Shown here piece by piece: positions 1 through 13,734 of a stretch of 64,000 nucleotides of DNA. The DNA comes from Azolla caroliniana (Eukaryota > Plantae > Polypodiophyta). The translations under genes were made by a program, and so were the position numbers. Positions within the stretch are counted from its first letter, which is position 1. The number at the start of each line of letters is the position of its first letter. Below the pieces are notes generated by a model, which saw only the letters and a list, made by a program, of their open reading frames with translations, was not told the origin of the DNA and ran no database searches. The stretch covers positions 1,550,001-1,614,000 of the forward strand of contig JBHGNT010000022.1 of the NCBI GenBank assembly GCA_043228905.1, written 5' to 3'.

Positions 1-767
1 TCCATGGACATCCTCTACAATTCCAAAACATTACTTTCAATCGTGAAGCACTTATAGTCCCATAGGTCATTGCTTGCTATGCAATGGTGACATCTATTCA
101 AAGAAAGTATCAAAAGAGAGACCTGCATGATTCTTTCATAGACTTTTAGAATGAAGGAAAGAAGGGATCCACATGAATCCATGGTTAAACTAAAACGCTC
201 CTAGAGTGCAAAATAGATTGTGAAGAGTGTCTTTATTGAAGCAATTAAATGGGGGAGTCACATATGGCATCAATATGATCCCTTTAAAAGTTTTGGATTG
301 TCTTGTAAGAAGTATGCTAATGCAATCACATGTGCATTTATTGGAATCCATAGAAAATGTAGAAAAAGTTTGAAATAATGGTAAGGGTGTTTTGAAATGA
401 TCAATTGGACTCAATGGGATCACACCAAGAAGCAACTTAGAGAAATGAAGAAGTGATTTCGGAAGGGATAGTTGGGAATTGGGATATGGATGTGATGTTA
501 GAAATATGAGAAGATATGTCATTGTGGTAATATAAGGAAGAGGTTGATTGGCAAAAAAACAATTGTAAAGAAGGATGATTCTTGAGCAATGCTATATAGA
601 ATGACCAATGGAAGTTAGCCTAGGTGATGATGCCCTTGTAATGATAGGAAGAGCTTTGGAAAATATAAGGCTTTAGGGAACTTAGGAGATAAAAAGAGTG
701 TTAGAATGACCACAAAGTGTTAGCATGGTATGGAGGGTGAGTACCCATACATTGTTAACATGGTGAT

Positions 768-925
768 ATAGGGTGTTAGAATGACCATAAGGTGTCACTA
801 TGCACCATATAGGGTGTTAGAATGACCATAAGGTGTCACCATGCACCATATAGAGTGTTAGAATGACCATAAGGTACCGCTATGCACCATATAGGGTGTT
901 AGAATGACCATAAGGTGTCACTATG
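768..925. repeat. 41-bp tandem repeat (~3.9 copies) overlapping the ERF stop codon and 3' UTR
   Basis: Unit ATAGGGTGTTAGAATGACCATAAGGTGTCACTATGCACCAT starts at 768, 809, 850 and 891; a degenerate partial copy lies at ~696-720. Confidence 0.95.
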
Positions 926-1483
926 GTCAGCAAGAGAATGACAAGAAGAGGACCAACCCTCAACTAGTGGATCGTGGTCATGATTCCCATCATAATGAGA
1001 GCCGGCGGATACTTCGTCCATATTATGCCGGTTATCAACAAGGACAGGATCCTCGATTCCAAGGCCCATATAAACACTGTACTCTTGGTCGACAACAATG
1101 TTGTGCTCACATTGTATTGGGGGTGGGTGTTGATCCTCGTCAGAAACAGTCGGCCGATCCGCGTCCGTCTCTATACCCGTCACTTCAAGGAGGCCTTTGT
1201 CCGCGGCTGCATAAGCATTGACCATGCGTTGGATCGACTTGGGCGACACACCGGATGACCGAGCTTCGTCCGCTTCGGGCGGCGGCGGCGATTCCGGGAA
1301 ATTGAGAGCCACTTGGTGGCGGCCACGCAAGCACACGGCTGCATAATCGTATGCCCGAGCGGCGGATTCTCGTGTCTCATACGAGCCGAGCCATATTCGG
1401 GACCTCTTGTTCGGCTCCCTGATCTCCGATACCCACTTGCCCCAACTCCTCCTACGCACTCCTTTGTAGCTCTTCTCTTCCAT
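899..1483 (-). CDS. AP2/ERF transcription factor, DREB-like, intronless, ~194 aa
   Basis: Single AP2 domain [49 protein letters not shown]...LNFP with V14/E19 (DREB signature) and a C-terminal LWSF motif. First ATG is at 1483; the ORF-track extension to 1513 is only the microsatellite. Confidence 0.93.
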   Translation of the reverse strand: MEEKSYKGVRRRSWGKWVSEIREPNKRSRIWLGSYETRESAARAYDYAAVCLRGRHQVALNFPESPPPPEADEARSSGVSPKSIQRMVNAYAAADKGLLEVTGIETDADRPTVSDEDQHPPPIQCEHNIVVDQEYSVYMGLGIEDPVLVDNRHNMDEVSAGSHYDGNHDHDPLVEGWSSSCHSLADHSDTLWSF

Positions 1484-1487
1484 ATCA

Positions 1488-1512
1488 ACACACACACACA
1501 CACACACACACA
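1488..1512. repeat. (CA)n microsatellite immediately 5' of the ERF start codon
   Basis: Direct reading of the sequence. Confidence 0.95.
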
Positions 1513-2028
1513 AGGATCACCCACCAAGTGAGAGTTTCACAACACAATGTTTCGACATTAATAAATGGGGTCCCAAGGTATCTTTTTGTGTGCCAATCAC
1601 TTGGGGTCCATGGTCTTCTTTTTTGACTTAGTCTTATACGATGGGAAGTCAAAAGGCTTGGCCATGTGCTTCAAATTCCTACCCCACGTGACAAAAAATT
1701 GTTGCAAAAAGACTATGAAAAAAATTGTTATGGCATCTTCAATTCTTTTGCTTTGCCGAATGGCGTCATAAAACAAACGAATGTTGTTTCATCATCATGT
1801 GCTTAGGACTTCTATGATTTTCAAGGAATGCAAAGAGTTTTTCTTGTTGCAACACTTGTTATATTTTTAAAGACATGGGTGTGCTTCTTCTACACCTCTT
1901 CGGATGCATTCTTGGTCTCTTAGATATGTCAATTCACTTCTTCTTCTTGTATTCTATTCTCTTCTTTTACAACAAAATCAAGTGAAGTAAATGGTTAACT
2001 AGCTATGGAGTGGGTAAACATATTATTG

Positions 2029-2195
2029 TACTACATTGCATTGTGGGTAAACATTTTCTAGTTTTTACTACATTGCATTGTGGGTAAGCATTTTCTAGTT
2101 TTTACTACATTGCATCGTGGGCAAACATTTTCTAGTTTTTACTACATTGCATGGCGGGTAAACATTTTCTAGTTTTTACTACATTGCATTGTGGG
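2029..2195. repeat. 37-bp tandem repeat (~4.5 copies) upstream of the ERF gene
   Basis: Unit TACTACATTGCATTGTGGGTAAACATTTTCTAGTTTT at 2029, 2066, 2103, 2140 and 2177. Confidence 0.93.
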
Positions 2196-4222
2196 ATTAG
2201 ATATTGTTGTTGGAAGATGATAGGGGTTCTTGATTGTTTTCTCCTTTCGTGGAACATTCTAGTACTTCCTCCTATTCTTGACTTTGTTCCAATGAGGTTG
2301 TTTGCCTTTTCTCTACTTGACTTGTTCAAATCTCAACTTGTAGCCGTTACTATTGACTTTAATCTCCATCTCCTTTCGGCTTCCTTTTTCTCAATCTTTT
2401 GACCAACAAAAAATGATTAATGATGAGGTGTTATACTTCTTGACAAAGGGAAAGTTGTTAAAGAAGGTGGCCTTGGCTCCAATCTGTATAAGATCGAAAT
2501 ATACAACATAAAGTGTAAGGCTTTTTGGATTAGGCCTTCCAAATATTATTTCACAATGCAAGTACTTGTGTAAACTAATTGAGACAACATGGAGAGGCCA
2601 AATAACCCATGTTGTAAATTACATCCCATAATGCCGCATGGTTTAATTTGTTGTAAAAATATAGACGTAATTGTTTAGTCTTTACATCTCCAATTTGAAA
2701 AGAAAGTAGAGGTAGTCCTAATTTTCAAGGATAAAGATAAAGACATCTAACCTTTTGCAAGTGGATAGTTAAGGTTAAGACAAATTGTTCTTGCACAATA
2801 CGCTCGTCAGTCATATTCCACACACCTTAATAAATCAACATGTTTTGAACATGCAATGCTATGAATGAAGCATGGGTGGTGCTCTCAAGGCATGTGAAAA
2901 GATGGTGTGCTGGAAGATTGATCCTAAAGTGTCCTCGATGAAGAAAAATGAAAGAGGCAAGGTGCTTGTGAACTTTGTAAAAGAGATTATTTCCATTTTC
3001 ATTTGAATGCAACTTTCTATGGCAAAATTCATCAAAGTTTTGTGAACTTGCAAAGCCTTTGTCAAGGAACACCATTTATTGTGGTGTGGTGTAAATGGGA
3101 GTTTCCAACCAGTGTTTTTGCAAATGAGATGCTCCCAATGAATTATGGATCTCTAAACACTCAATCCATTTTTTATTGTTTTCAAAATCTTTGGGTTACA
3201 AGCTTTTTAAATTCTATAGTTGGTTGTGACCCCTTTTAAATAATGCATCTTTCATTGAAAACAAACAAAGAGCTACATCAAATGGCACTACACACATAAT
3301 GTCTTGTTTATCGTTTCCACTTCTTCAAACAATCATCTCCTCCAACCCCATCTCACGATCAATTTTTGAAGTTGGTCCTAGTATCGAATTTCTCAACTAT
3401 GCATTCCCCAAGTTAGTCCTAATATCAAGTGTCCCAACTATGCATCACCAAGAATATCAAAGAATCTAGAATGCAAGTTCAAGATAATGCAACACTCAAG
3501 CTTAATCGCCAACAAAGATGTTATACCAAAAAATGGCCAACAAGCCATGAAATGTCTAAACTCTAGGGTCCATATTTGTAATCAACGAATATTGTTTCGT
3601 CACTAAATATCGTAAGATAAACATCAGTCACCATAAAAAGGTCATGCTTTCCTTTGGAATACTCTGCATTGACATCATCTATGAATTCATCACTATACTT
3701 GAATTAGGGTCCACTGTTCCAAATAGTTTATTGTGTAGGAATTGGGATTTAGGATTCAATTTTTTATTCCACAGAGTTCATGTTATATACATGCATACTT
3801 TTAATATGTGAATTTTCAATACTTCTTGTTCTGCATTGGCATCCATGTAACTGATGTCCGGGGGCTAATTTCATATCACATAATCAGAAATATGTTTGTA
3901 TTTCTTTTGTGGCTATTGTGAAAATATTATCCCTTTCAAATCGTTGCACTTGAATACTCACAAGAATTGCTGTTTCATTTTTTCGTAGGGAAATACAAAA
4001 AAACGCGAGTAGTTTTCATTACAAAACAATGTGAGTGCAATAAAAGAACGGCTCCTTTCATAGGATACAGTAAGCCTCTTCATTTTAAGAGCCACCAGAA
4101 GTCATAACATATGTCTTCCATACAATTATATACAGTATTACCGAAAAACAAAATGCCCGTGTTTGGGACTCATGGTGAAATTATGTGTTTTATTTCTTCA
4201 CAGAATGGGCCATTGTTAATTA

Positions 4223-7200
4223 TTAAATGTAGAAGGGATTGTCAATGTTGAATTGATATGCCGCTGTTAGTTGTGGCTCCTAATACACACAGCCCAACCA
4301 AAAGAAAACATTAGCCATGGTCAAGATATCTTGTAACGAAAAGAAAACATATATGTCAATGTTAGTTACACTTCTGGAAAGGCCAATCAAGTTAGAAAAG
4401 TGAGAAGTAAGAAAGGTGCCAGTGAGAAAGTGCGAGTGAGAGTGTGTTTCGAATTTACGAGCTAAACTTTCTGATCAAATAGGAATTAGAAAATTTAAAG
4501 CTTTTAGAAATGAACCAAGTAGTAACACTCATGAATCCCAAAACATAAGAAGAAAATTATAGAAAAGAATTTAAAGGAAACGAAAACACGCGACACAAAG
4601 GTCTGGCTCATAAATTATCTCGCTTAGATGAAGTTGGTGATTGAATATAATGATCTTATATGTGAATTGTGTGCGTGCGATAGTGCATATTAAATCTTTA
4701 GTTAAAAGAGTTGTATGCACACCTGGATTTTATTTCCAGCAAGACTCCCACCCGACAGAAGCATTTCAATCAAAGAAGTTATGGTACCTCCACTTTGGCT
4801 GGTAGTTGTATTTCGCACTCCGGATCGCATGGAATTCAAGAGCTCTCGATATGTCCTTGCATGCCCTCTTTCAATAGCTTGAATGAAGCAAAACGTCATT
4901 GCCCCAGTATATGTGACTTGTGACAACGCCTGTATGACTGCTATCAGTTAGATCGCTCAAACAATTTGATGAAAGAATAATTGAACTTAGCATGTTCCAA
5001 CTGATTTAGCACGGGAAGGTTCATGAGGGTGCATTTTTCATATAAATTCAAATACAGTCAAAAGAAAAGGCATATAGTGTGACAGAAAGAACCATTAAAA
5101 GACTCGTGGACAGTCAGGCCACAGGGTAGATGATCATACCACAATGGTTATACCACAAGTGCAAGATGTAAAGCATATGATATTTTCCTCCATAAACACA
5201 ATCAAGAAACGTCGACTAACCATTATAGTTTTTGAGCCAAAAATTATAAGAAGTGTTGGAACAAAAGTTAGAACTTTTCTTAAAGATCTTCAGATGCCTT
5301 ACAGATGTGTCAGCAGAAGTTTGGTCATCATCGCAGCCACTGAAACAAAAAGCCTCTCCTCCATTAGTTCCTTTCCAAATCCCATTACGTGGTCGATGAT
5401 CTTCCCATACATATTGGCCATAACTATGAAGATAGCAACAGAGGATTATCACGATGAGAAAACCAGATGTGACTATTAAGAACTCAAATTGAAAAATGAG
5501 CAAAATTCACACCTCAAGAAGACCCATTTTGTGAAGGTGTATCTTAGTAATTGAGTTATCATCATAAAAATAATTTTATTTAAAGCAATTGATAACATAC
5601 CCACGTACATAACATGTCACATAATATATAGACAATATAATATACAACATACACAGACATATACGATATTCTGAATCAAGGAGAACTCAATATGTTACGT
5701 TGCAAATAGACCATATAGTGTACACTATACACAGACATCAAGGAGAACTTGGCAATACGTTTAGAGGATCTTTCACCTTTATATTTTACACAGTAACGCA
5801 GAATTTTCAAAAAATCAGTGATGCTGTTACGTAACCCTCAAGAACTACTCGAAAAATATATATCTAGCCATGATACATTATGTTCTAAATCATGATGTAT
5901 CACATGTAGCTAGCTAAGATTCCCCTTTGGTATAGATATATGGTTCCATGTGATCACATCTTCCATGTTATTGAGTTACAGTATATATCCATCGTAATAA
6001 TTGTAAGTCGATTTTGGTAAATATGTTTTTAGGGTTCTTAAGATTGAGCTGGCCTTAAGCTCCAAGGAAATATTAAGAAGTAATGCTGTTGGGTCTATAA
6101 TTGGGAAAAATCAAACCATCATTCAATATCAAAACACATGAAATAGACAAGTCAAAATAACGGGGATACATCACCTATATCTCTAACTAGTAGGTGACGT
6201 TCTCAAAGAAGAAGTCATCCAGGAAGCAAAAAGAATGAGAAATTAATTGCCAAGAACATTTTTTTCTTTTAAATACATACATTAATGATTTCTAGGTAAA
6301 TTACTTAAGGAGGAAGTGTTTTCAGTTACTTGTTCAATCTACAGAAGAAAGGCAAATCCAGTACAGTTCCACTGTGGCATGCATCTACGACCGCATGTAG
6401 CCGCACACCATTCGGTAAAGGCCTAATGAGAGACTCATTGATCACATCGTCCACAATCATCCCCTGTGTTTGAAAATCCATAGGAAGAATTGTCTCGTCG
6501 AACCCATCAATCTCTCCACCATCACGATTACGCTGTTGAGCTCCATGACCTGAGAAGTGGAAAACTAAAGAATCACCAGCTTTGCATCCCTGTACAAGCC
6601 AATACATAGCCATCTTTATATTATGCTTTGTGGGTAATTTCAGTCTATCTGTCTGGTTCTCTGCATATCAGAAAGATGAGGATCAATCAGTATCTTGTTT
6701 CTTTATGAAACTCAAGGATTCATCATCATCCAATTAACAGCACATAAAGCAACTAAGAATGTGATGAACCTTTCCAAGCAAGAGACGACAGACACCATTT
6801 TGATGAATTTTGTAAGAATGTTTAACACCAATTTGATGAATTTTGTACGAAGGTTTAACACTAATTTGATGAACTATGTTTGCAATAATTTGGACACTCC
6901 ATCACCGTAGCTACCTATTGAAGTAAGGATCTGAGAAACAAAATGTTCTGAGCAAGCGCATAACTAGATCGTTAGGAGTTAGTTATGCTTGTGTAGGCCC
7001 ATTAGTAAATGGATGACTATGGTTCGACTGGCATTGGAGATGAATAATCCATGAAAATGGTTATTTGCAATCACGAATTCATATATAAAAGCTCCCTACA
7101 ATGGTATTATAGAAATTGTTCATGAGTGCTCAAAGAAAACCAAGCATAATTGCAATCAAGACTTTGTAGATACTTAAGCCTCTTACAATAGTGATAAAAA

Positions 7201-7786
7201 CTCAATGGAAAAGCATGTATACTTTGAATTAAAGACATTGTGCCAATATTTATCACTCTGTGAATTAGTGATGAAATTTCTCAAAGCAAAACCAAGCATA
7301 TTGTTGGTATAGACCCAATCAACCCATAACCAAATGCCCCCTAAGATGGTGATACAAGAATTGTGATTCAGGAAAATCAAAGTATAAGATTGAGGTTGAG
7401 CACACACCAGTAAGCATGAGAATACACGATTCTGGGAACTGAAACTTGTTCATGAGCAGGAATTTCATACACTTAGCATCATTGAGGCATCCTTTGAGCT
7501 CGTAGGAAGTCCCACTATAGCTAACCCCAATGATAACGGCTTTTTTCGATCCGTGTGCATTTGGCGGAACAGGGGAATGTTGTGTAGGGCTTGGTGGATG
7601 AATTACATGGGGGAGTTGGTTGTTATAAACCGGAGCACGAGATTGATCTTGTGTATAAGGGGCGACTTGTGTGACAGCAAAGCATATGGCACATCGAACC
7701 GATTGTGCACCCGGCGGTAGACTTAACGGTATCCGGCAATGTGAGCAATCAATGAGCATCGGCGGCGGCGGCAGGGGCGGGTACAT
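4223..7786 (-). CDS. Type I metacaspase (MC1-like) with LSD1-type zinc finger, 5 exons, ~364 aa
   Basis: Exons 7786-7408, 6660-6330, 5423-5303, 4929-4723 and 4279-4223, all GT-AG, total 1095 nt in frame. N-terminal CSHC...CAIC zinc finger and Pro-rich prodomain, catalytic HFSGHG and DACHSG, p10 motifs SGCDDDQTSADT and EPQLTA. Confidence 0.94.
6799..6878. repeat. 33-bp tandem repeat (~2.4 copies) in the first coding intron of the metacaspase
   Basis: TTTGATGAATTTTGTAAGAATGTTTAACACCAA-like units. Confidence 0.8.
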
Positions 7787-8366
7787 CTTTCCTGGGGTTT
7801 ACTTCAGATGCCACGGGAAACAAAACACCCCTGTTTTTTCTGCAGTCTTTACAGAAAGGATGAAACGACCCTGCTTTGTAATCTTAAGAAAGAACAAAAG
7901 AAGGAACGGCTTTCGCGCACTGAGAGAGAGACAGAGACGGAGAGAATACCTGGTCTTTGCACCCTAAGGCAGCGATTCCCCCGTTTTATTCAGGACAGTA
8001 AGAGAGGAATTCCCTGTTGGGTTGTTTTGCACTCTCAGAGAAAACTCCTGACTTTGCACTCTCAGATAAAAAAAAAACCACTGGTTTTGCACTCTCAGAA
8101 CAGATCTCTGTTTTTTCTCTGAGAGAAGGGGAGGAGGTGGGTTTTCTATATGCCGATCTCTGGGTCTATGTCTGTCTTGGGTCATGAAGATTTGATTTTC
8201 TTTGTTTCTTTCTTATTTGGATGGGGATCTGTCTGATCGCTGATCGCTGATGATGATGATGATGAACAGAGAAGAGAGACACAGACAGACAGACTCTTCT
8301 TCCTCTTCTTATAGAGAAGAGATTCTGTTTCTTCATGATTCTGCCTTCTTCCTTGAAGACCTTTTC

Positions 8367-8444
8367 ACATACATACATACAATACATACATACAATACAT
8401 ACATACAATACATACATACATACATACATACATACATACATACA
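8367..8444. repeat. (TACA)n microsatellite upstream of the metacaspase
   Basis: Direct reading of the sequence. Confidence 0.9.
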
Positions 8445-8537
8445 AACTTCATTCCATAGGGTGGGTCACGGGTGAATGGGGGACCAGGCAAACTTATTCC
8501 AACATTGAAGGCGAGAAATTCTTTCTGACAAATTAAA

Positions 8538-8630
8538 AGATGTTGGTCGAGAGATCTTTCTGACGAATGAGATGTTGGTCAAGAGATTCCTGACAAAAAT
8601 CAGATGTTGGTTGAGAGATTTCCCACAAAT
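8538..8630. repeat. Three diverged ~32-bp tandem units
   Basis: Core AGATGTTGGTYRAGAGAT occurs three times. Confidence 0.7.
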
Positions 8631-11600
8631 CGGATACAGATCGTATCGTGATGGTGCCCAATAGGATTACCTCGACATATAATGTACGCAAAATAGTGGG
8701 TGGACCCATGCCCATAAAGAAAGAGTATACGGTTTCTCGACCTGTATACATACCTTGATTGCCCCAAATGCCCAAACCATATGGTTGAGAATATATAGGC
8801 CAAACTAGTTGGTGGACAGAAGTCCTTCTTGATGGACAAGTCCAGACTCCATAGCAAAGTGATTCCGTTTTATTTTTTACAATCCTCTATGACTTCTCAA
8901 ACAAAGAAAATGAACAATTCTCTCTTTTCTCAAGGTGAGATCCTATTGCAAGCCTATCCTGTCAGATAAATATTGCCACTAGAACACCCTTTTTTCTCAA
9001 AGTGGTGAACCTTATTTCCATAGTTCGGAGAGTATATTTCCTTCTACGATCCCCCCGATTACTAGCAAATTGCAAGAGTGCATTAACATGCCCTGCAAAT
9101 TTGAGGAGGTAGAAGGAGTGGCATGTTATTGTTTGTGAGATAATAGTGCATTCATCTGAACGCATATGGTACCACCTCTCTTTCATTGTCAGTGACTCTA
9201 GTGGTGGAACAGGAGTAAATAGTTGTAAGTGTCCAACTATTCTTCACTAAATATGTTTAGCCATTAAAACATATCAAACACATAATCCCGTATAAAGTGA
9301 TTTCCCAAACACCAAAAGCAGGAAATCCAAGATGTACCAACATCTTATTCCATGAGAAAATTTGTTGACCTAATGTATGTGGCAAAATCATAGCTTTCCT
9401 TTATAACATTGTGCACATTTAGATCAACCAAATCTAATGCGGGTTGTTCTTAAGTGTGATTTTTTCGTAAACCAACTCTCACATTGACATGGCACCTCGA
9501 GGTTTCTCCATTGTGTTATTCATTGCATCATATTTGTGAACGACGCCTCTTTTGAGAAATGCATTATCGTGAAATCGCCTCGCTTGTCTCTCTAGAAATT
9601 GGTTGGACTAAGTCAAATGTCTTTGAGGTTTTTGACCATGTCCCTTGGCCATCATTGTGATGTAATGTACAAGAAATGAATTTCGTCATAGTATTGTGCA
9701 TTTACGAGTGGTGTTGGTTGCCTTTGTTATCATCGTTCATTTGAGTTTGTGGAGATTTTGGGTTTTTAATATTGTGATCATGTTTTGTTAATTAATTTGT
9801 AAGAAATTAAATTTTTATAAATCTCATGCATGTTGCCTTACATGATTTGGTGAAGTTTGTGGAGGCTTCTGTGAATGTATTTTTGCATAAATCTCATGGA
9901 TTGATTTTGGACATCATTTTTATTCTCCTCTTGCTTGGTAATTGAAAAGCAACTTTGACTACATCATAAAAAGAAAAACTTTACAGATGTTGTATCACGT
10001 TTTACCATTGTCATTATTAAGTTCATCTACTTACATGGTAGACATGCAAACTTCTTTATATTGCATTCCTCTTTTAAATCAATTGTTGTACCAAATTGTA
10101 GATAAATTGTAAGTGAATGTATTCTCAAACTAAAAACACTAAAAAAGTTATTAATAATGCTTCAACACGACTTGAACTCATGAGTCACAACATCATCAAA
10201 GTTAAGAAAAACTAGAAGATGGAATTTTGCGAAGATAATGCAATCTTCGCATTATGCTAGTTATGTAAATTAAAAGAATACCTAGAATGTGGAATTTTGT
10301 GAAGATAATGCAATTTTCACATCGTGCTTTAGCATACATATATGGGTCAAGGTCACATGACTTGTCTCATCTTAAATCATTGGTCTATCTTAAGATTATT
10401 CAAGTTTTCTTGCGTTAATAGTCACGTGATTAGTATGGGGTAATTAATTAAAGTGTCATACTCTAAGGAATCAAAGACCTAGTATGTTATGAAGATCATG
10501 TTAAAGTTTCCACTTGTAAACATTTAAACCATACTAAGTCAATAAAGCAAGGAGTCACTATCAAAGACTTGTTTGTTCATGAAGGTCATACTAAACTTTC
10601 CAAAGTTAATTTGAGATGTACACCACACAAACCAACTACACATTCCAAGTTAATGTTTGGGAGATTTTGTCTTGTGTGTTGACTTTATTCATAGGTCCCC
10701 TTCAATTTGTGGCTTCATGAACATGTATACAATATTTTCGTTGGTGAACACATTCTTTGAATTTTATCCAAATCTATGGGCACTTTAAAGTAGCTTTTGC
10801 CAAAGTTGGTCAATGCATTTGGGTTTACATGTCTACAACAACTTGGATGCTCTATATCAGGCTCAAAAATGATTGGCTATTGATTACATGCCTTGTTAAT
10901 AATGATCCTACATGATATCATACCCATTCTTTTTTGTTGTTTTCTAACCTCAAGAAGTTGATTATGAGAAGTTAGCCACCCTACTACTTTCTTGGATTGT
11001 ATGAACATTATAACAATAGGATTTTTACCCATTTGTTACCCACAAGGGAGTGCTCAATGTCAACTTGGAGGATATCATGTATCAAACATTTTAATAAAAA
11101 GTTCGTATAATGATTTGTTACCAATTCCCTTTTAGAGAGGTCAATCTTGTCATTTTTCATCCTTTGTATTTCGGAAAACAAATGTCAAGGTTGTCAAATC
11201 ATAAGTTTTTTGGAGCAATTTGCTAATTTGTGAAACCTCAAACTAAAACGATGAAGATTTGGCTCAAATCTACCACTTACTCTTGATGTTGAGAATCACA
11301 ATTACAAATTTAGAATTAAACTTTTGTTTTTCAATAAGGTAAATTTACCTATTGAGTCTGAGTTATCGTATATTTTATTTATTCGTAGCACGAGGAAGAC
11401 TTGCCTTAATAAGTTAATTCTATGGTAGGGAGGACATGGATAGATTCTAGTCCATGTTGAATTTGCCCGAGCAAAAAATGATCATGGAGGTGATATACAA
11501 AGGCTAAGTGTCATAGATTATGCAGGATAATTCTCATTATACACAATTTCTTTGATCATTAATTTAATTATAAGTACGGTGAAGTAATAACCATCCTCAT

Positions 11601-12203
11601 GCATGAATATTAACCATTCTCAAGTTTTGTTACGAGCTAGTATATTGTGGGATGACTTAGCAACAAGAAATCAATAGCAAAATTCATCACGTCTAGTCTA
11701 AGATGAATGAAAGCCATTTATTGTGTTCTTTTCTTTACAAGTTTACATCTATACATAGTAAATAATTTTGTTGGATCCAAGATTGAACAAAACGACACTA
11801 AAGAAATCTCATAGAGAAGATATACTTGGACCTTATTGGTTTTAGTAACGGGTATAAGTGTATCCCAAGGATAATGTCACTTGAAAGTTGATATATATAT
11901 AGGATGATGTGAGGTTTCCATGAACAAATTAATGCATGGAGGATCTCAATGAATACATAGTTGGGGCTCACGCCAAGTACCAAATGGATGGTAATATATA
12001 TAATATATACCAATGAGAAGGTGAGATGGATGTTAAACATATGGTGACAAGGAATTGTCAATAGAATCACTATGTGGCATGATTTGACCCAAGACCAAGA
12101 TTCAAGTGATCCAATATCTAAAGAATGTGATGATATATGACATAGTTTAAGACTACTTACATTGGAGAACTAGCAGGATGATGATGAATAGGCTACATGG
12201 CCT

Positions 12204-13397
12204 TCAAATTAGAGCCCCATAGAAAGACAAGTCATCATCATTGGAAGAGAGAATGGTAGTGATCCATGAGCTTGAATTCGTGGGAGGAGGAGGCGCCGTC
12301 GCGCTTGCACTCATTCGGACATTAGAGATCGACACATTTGCCGAAGACTCGTGAAGTTGGATCGAATCTCGGGGGGGCGTGAATGGCATCACCGATCCAC
12401 CATGGTCCGCCAAATGCAAAGCTTCGGTGCACATCCCGAAGTTACGATTGATATCCACTGGGGAACGAGCTTGGTGCGAGGGCCGCATGATCATATTCCC
12501 GAGTGATCCGGTGCCGCCAATCCTCCCTATGCCGCCATTCTCGTAACTACTAGTTGTTGATGATGTTCCGGCATGCATGTGATGATAAACCCGGTCCGAT
12601 CCATCAGGATGATGGATGGGGCTAATATGACATTGTTGTTGTTGAAGATACAAGGTATTGCTTGCCGATACGCCGGCTTGCAAGGGTTGTTGTCGGGATA
12701 CGGATGCCGTGCCGGCATTGATGCCCACGGATTTCTTCATGACACGGCAAAGGACGACGGAATCATTGAAGGTGTCGCAAGTCTCGGCCGGGCCGCTCGA
12801 TCCATCGGCACCACCACTGCCAAGGGGAGAATCATATTCGTGGGTAGTAGTAGTACTCGGAAGGAGGTGATATTCATGCATGATCCAGTCGGTCCGCTCC
12901 CCGCTCGGAGCACGGCCCTTGTAGAAGACCAATGTCTTCTTCACCCCGAGTATAGTGGGCGTGTCCGAAGCACCTCTGGCGCTAGGGCTCGCGGGCCCTA
13001 GGATCTTACGATCTTTCCCCGTCGCCTTCCAGTAGCCCGATTTCGTGGCGCGGTTGGTCCTCGACCCGCGCGCGTACTTCTTGTCGGGCGGGTTGAAGAA
13101 GTACCACTCGGGGTCGCGTGTCGGGAGCCTCGAGAGTGCCGGAAGGTCCCACGGGTCGTGCTTGTAGAGCTCGATATCACCGATGACAGCCAGGACGGAG
13201 GCCGGGTCCATGTCCGTGTCATGACTGGCGGACATAGGGATCGGCGATTCGCCACGGGCTCTCGCGTGATGGAAGGAGCTATCGGCCGAGCTCGATCCGG
13301 CCGCCGCCTTGTGACGGAGATAGTAGCCCACCAATTCTTCGTCGGTCGGATGGAATCGGAAGCCCGGCGGCATGTCCAAAGGACTAGCCATTGGCAT
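12204..13397 (-). CDS. NAC-domain transcription factor, intronless, ~397 aa
   Basis: NAC subdomains A-E in one ORF: [38 protein letters not shown]...[48 protein letters not shown]; low-complexity C-terminal region. Confidence 0.94.
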   Translation of the reverse strand: MPMASPLDMPPGFRFHPTDEELVGYYLRHKAAAGSSSADSSFHHARARGESPIPMSASHDTDMDPASVLAVIGDIELYKHDPWDLPALSRLPTRDPEWYFFNPPDKKYARGSRTNRATKSGYWKATGKDRKILGPASPSARGASDTPTILGVKKTLVFYKGRAPSGERTDWIMHEYHLLPSTTTTHEYDSPLGSGGADGSSGPAETCDTFNDSVVLCRVMKKSVGINAGTASVSRQQPLQAGVSASNTLYLQQQQCHISPIHHPDGSDRVYHHMHAGTSSTTSSYENGGIGRIGGTGSLGNMIMRPSHQARSPVDINRNFGMCTEALHLADHGGSVMPFTPPRDSIQLHESSANVSISNVRMSASATAPPPPTNSSSWITTILSSNDDDLSFYGALI

Positions 13398-13734
13398 AGA
13401 GATTCAATTCTTCTTCTTCTTCTTCTTCTTTTATTTTTTTTATGTAGTGATGGCAATTTCCTTGATGGATGGAATTACCAATTAGAACGACTAGATCTGT
13501 CGGAAGATGTTGTAACTTATGATGAAGATCTGAATCCGGCAGCAAATTGGAATGCTTAATTAATATGGTGCTGAAGATAGAATTGGTACGATCTCACTGT
13601 TTTTGGTGGGGATGGGGGGGTAACGCTATGAATGGAATGAATGGAATGATATGGGGAGAGATTAAGTAGGGCTGAAGCGACACAGGTGAAGCACTCTGCA
13701 CGCCACACGCTGATTCGCTAGTTATGTGTCCATG

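Noticed and set aside
1-720. Possible decayed LINE RT or copia 3' remnant (LHDSFIDF-like peptide; GGGGGAG at ~251)
   Set aside because: Only one short motif, with no collinear support.
768-2195. 41-bp and 37-bp repeats as CRISPR arrays
   Set aside because: The units are contiguous without unique spacers, the context is eukaryotic, and there are no cas genes.
2440-3400. Short ORFs that might be DNA-transposon remnants
   Set aside because: No recognisable catalytic motif, terminal inverted repeat or TSD.
8860-11800. AT-rich intergenic region with faint hAT-like peptide hints near 8962-9186
   Set aside because: Too degenerate to call without a profile search.
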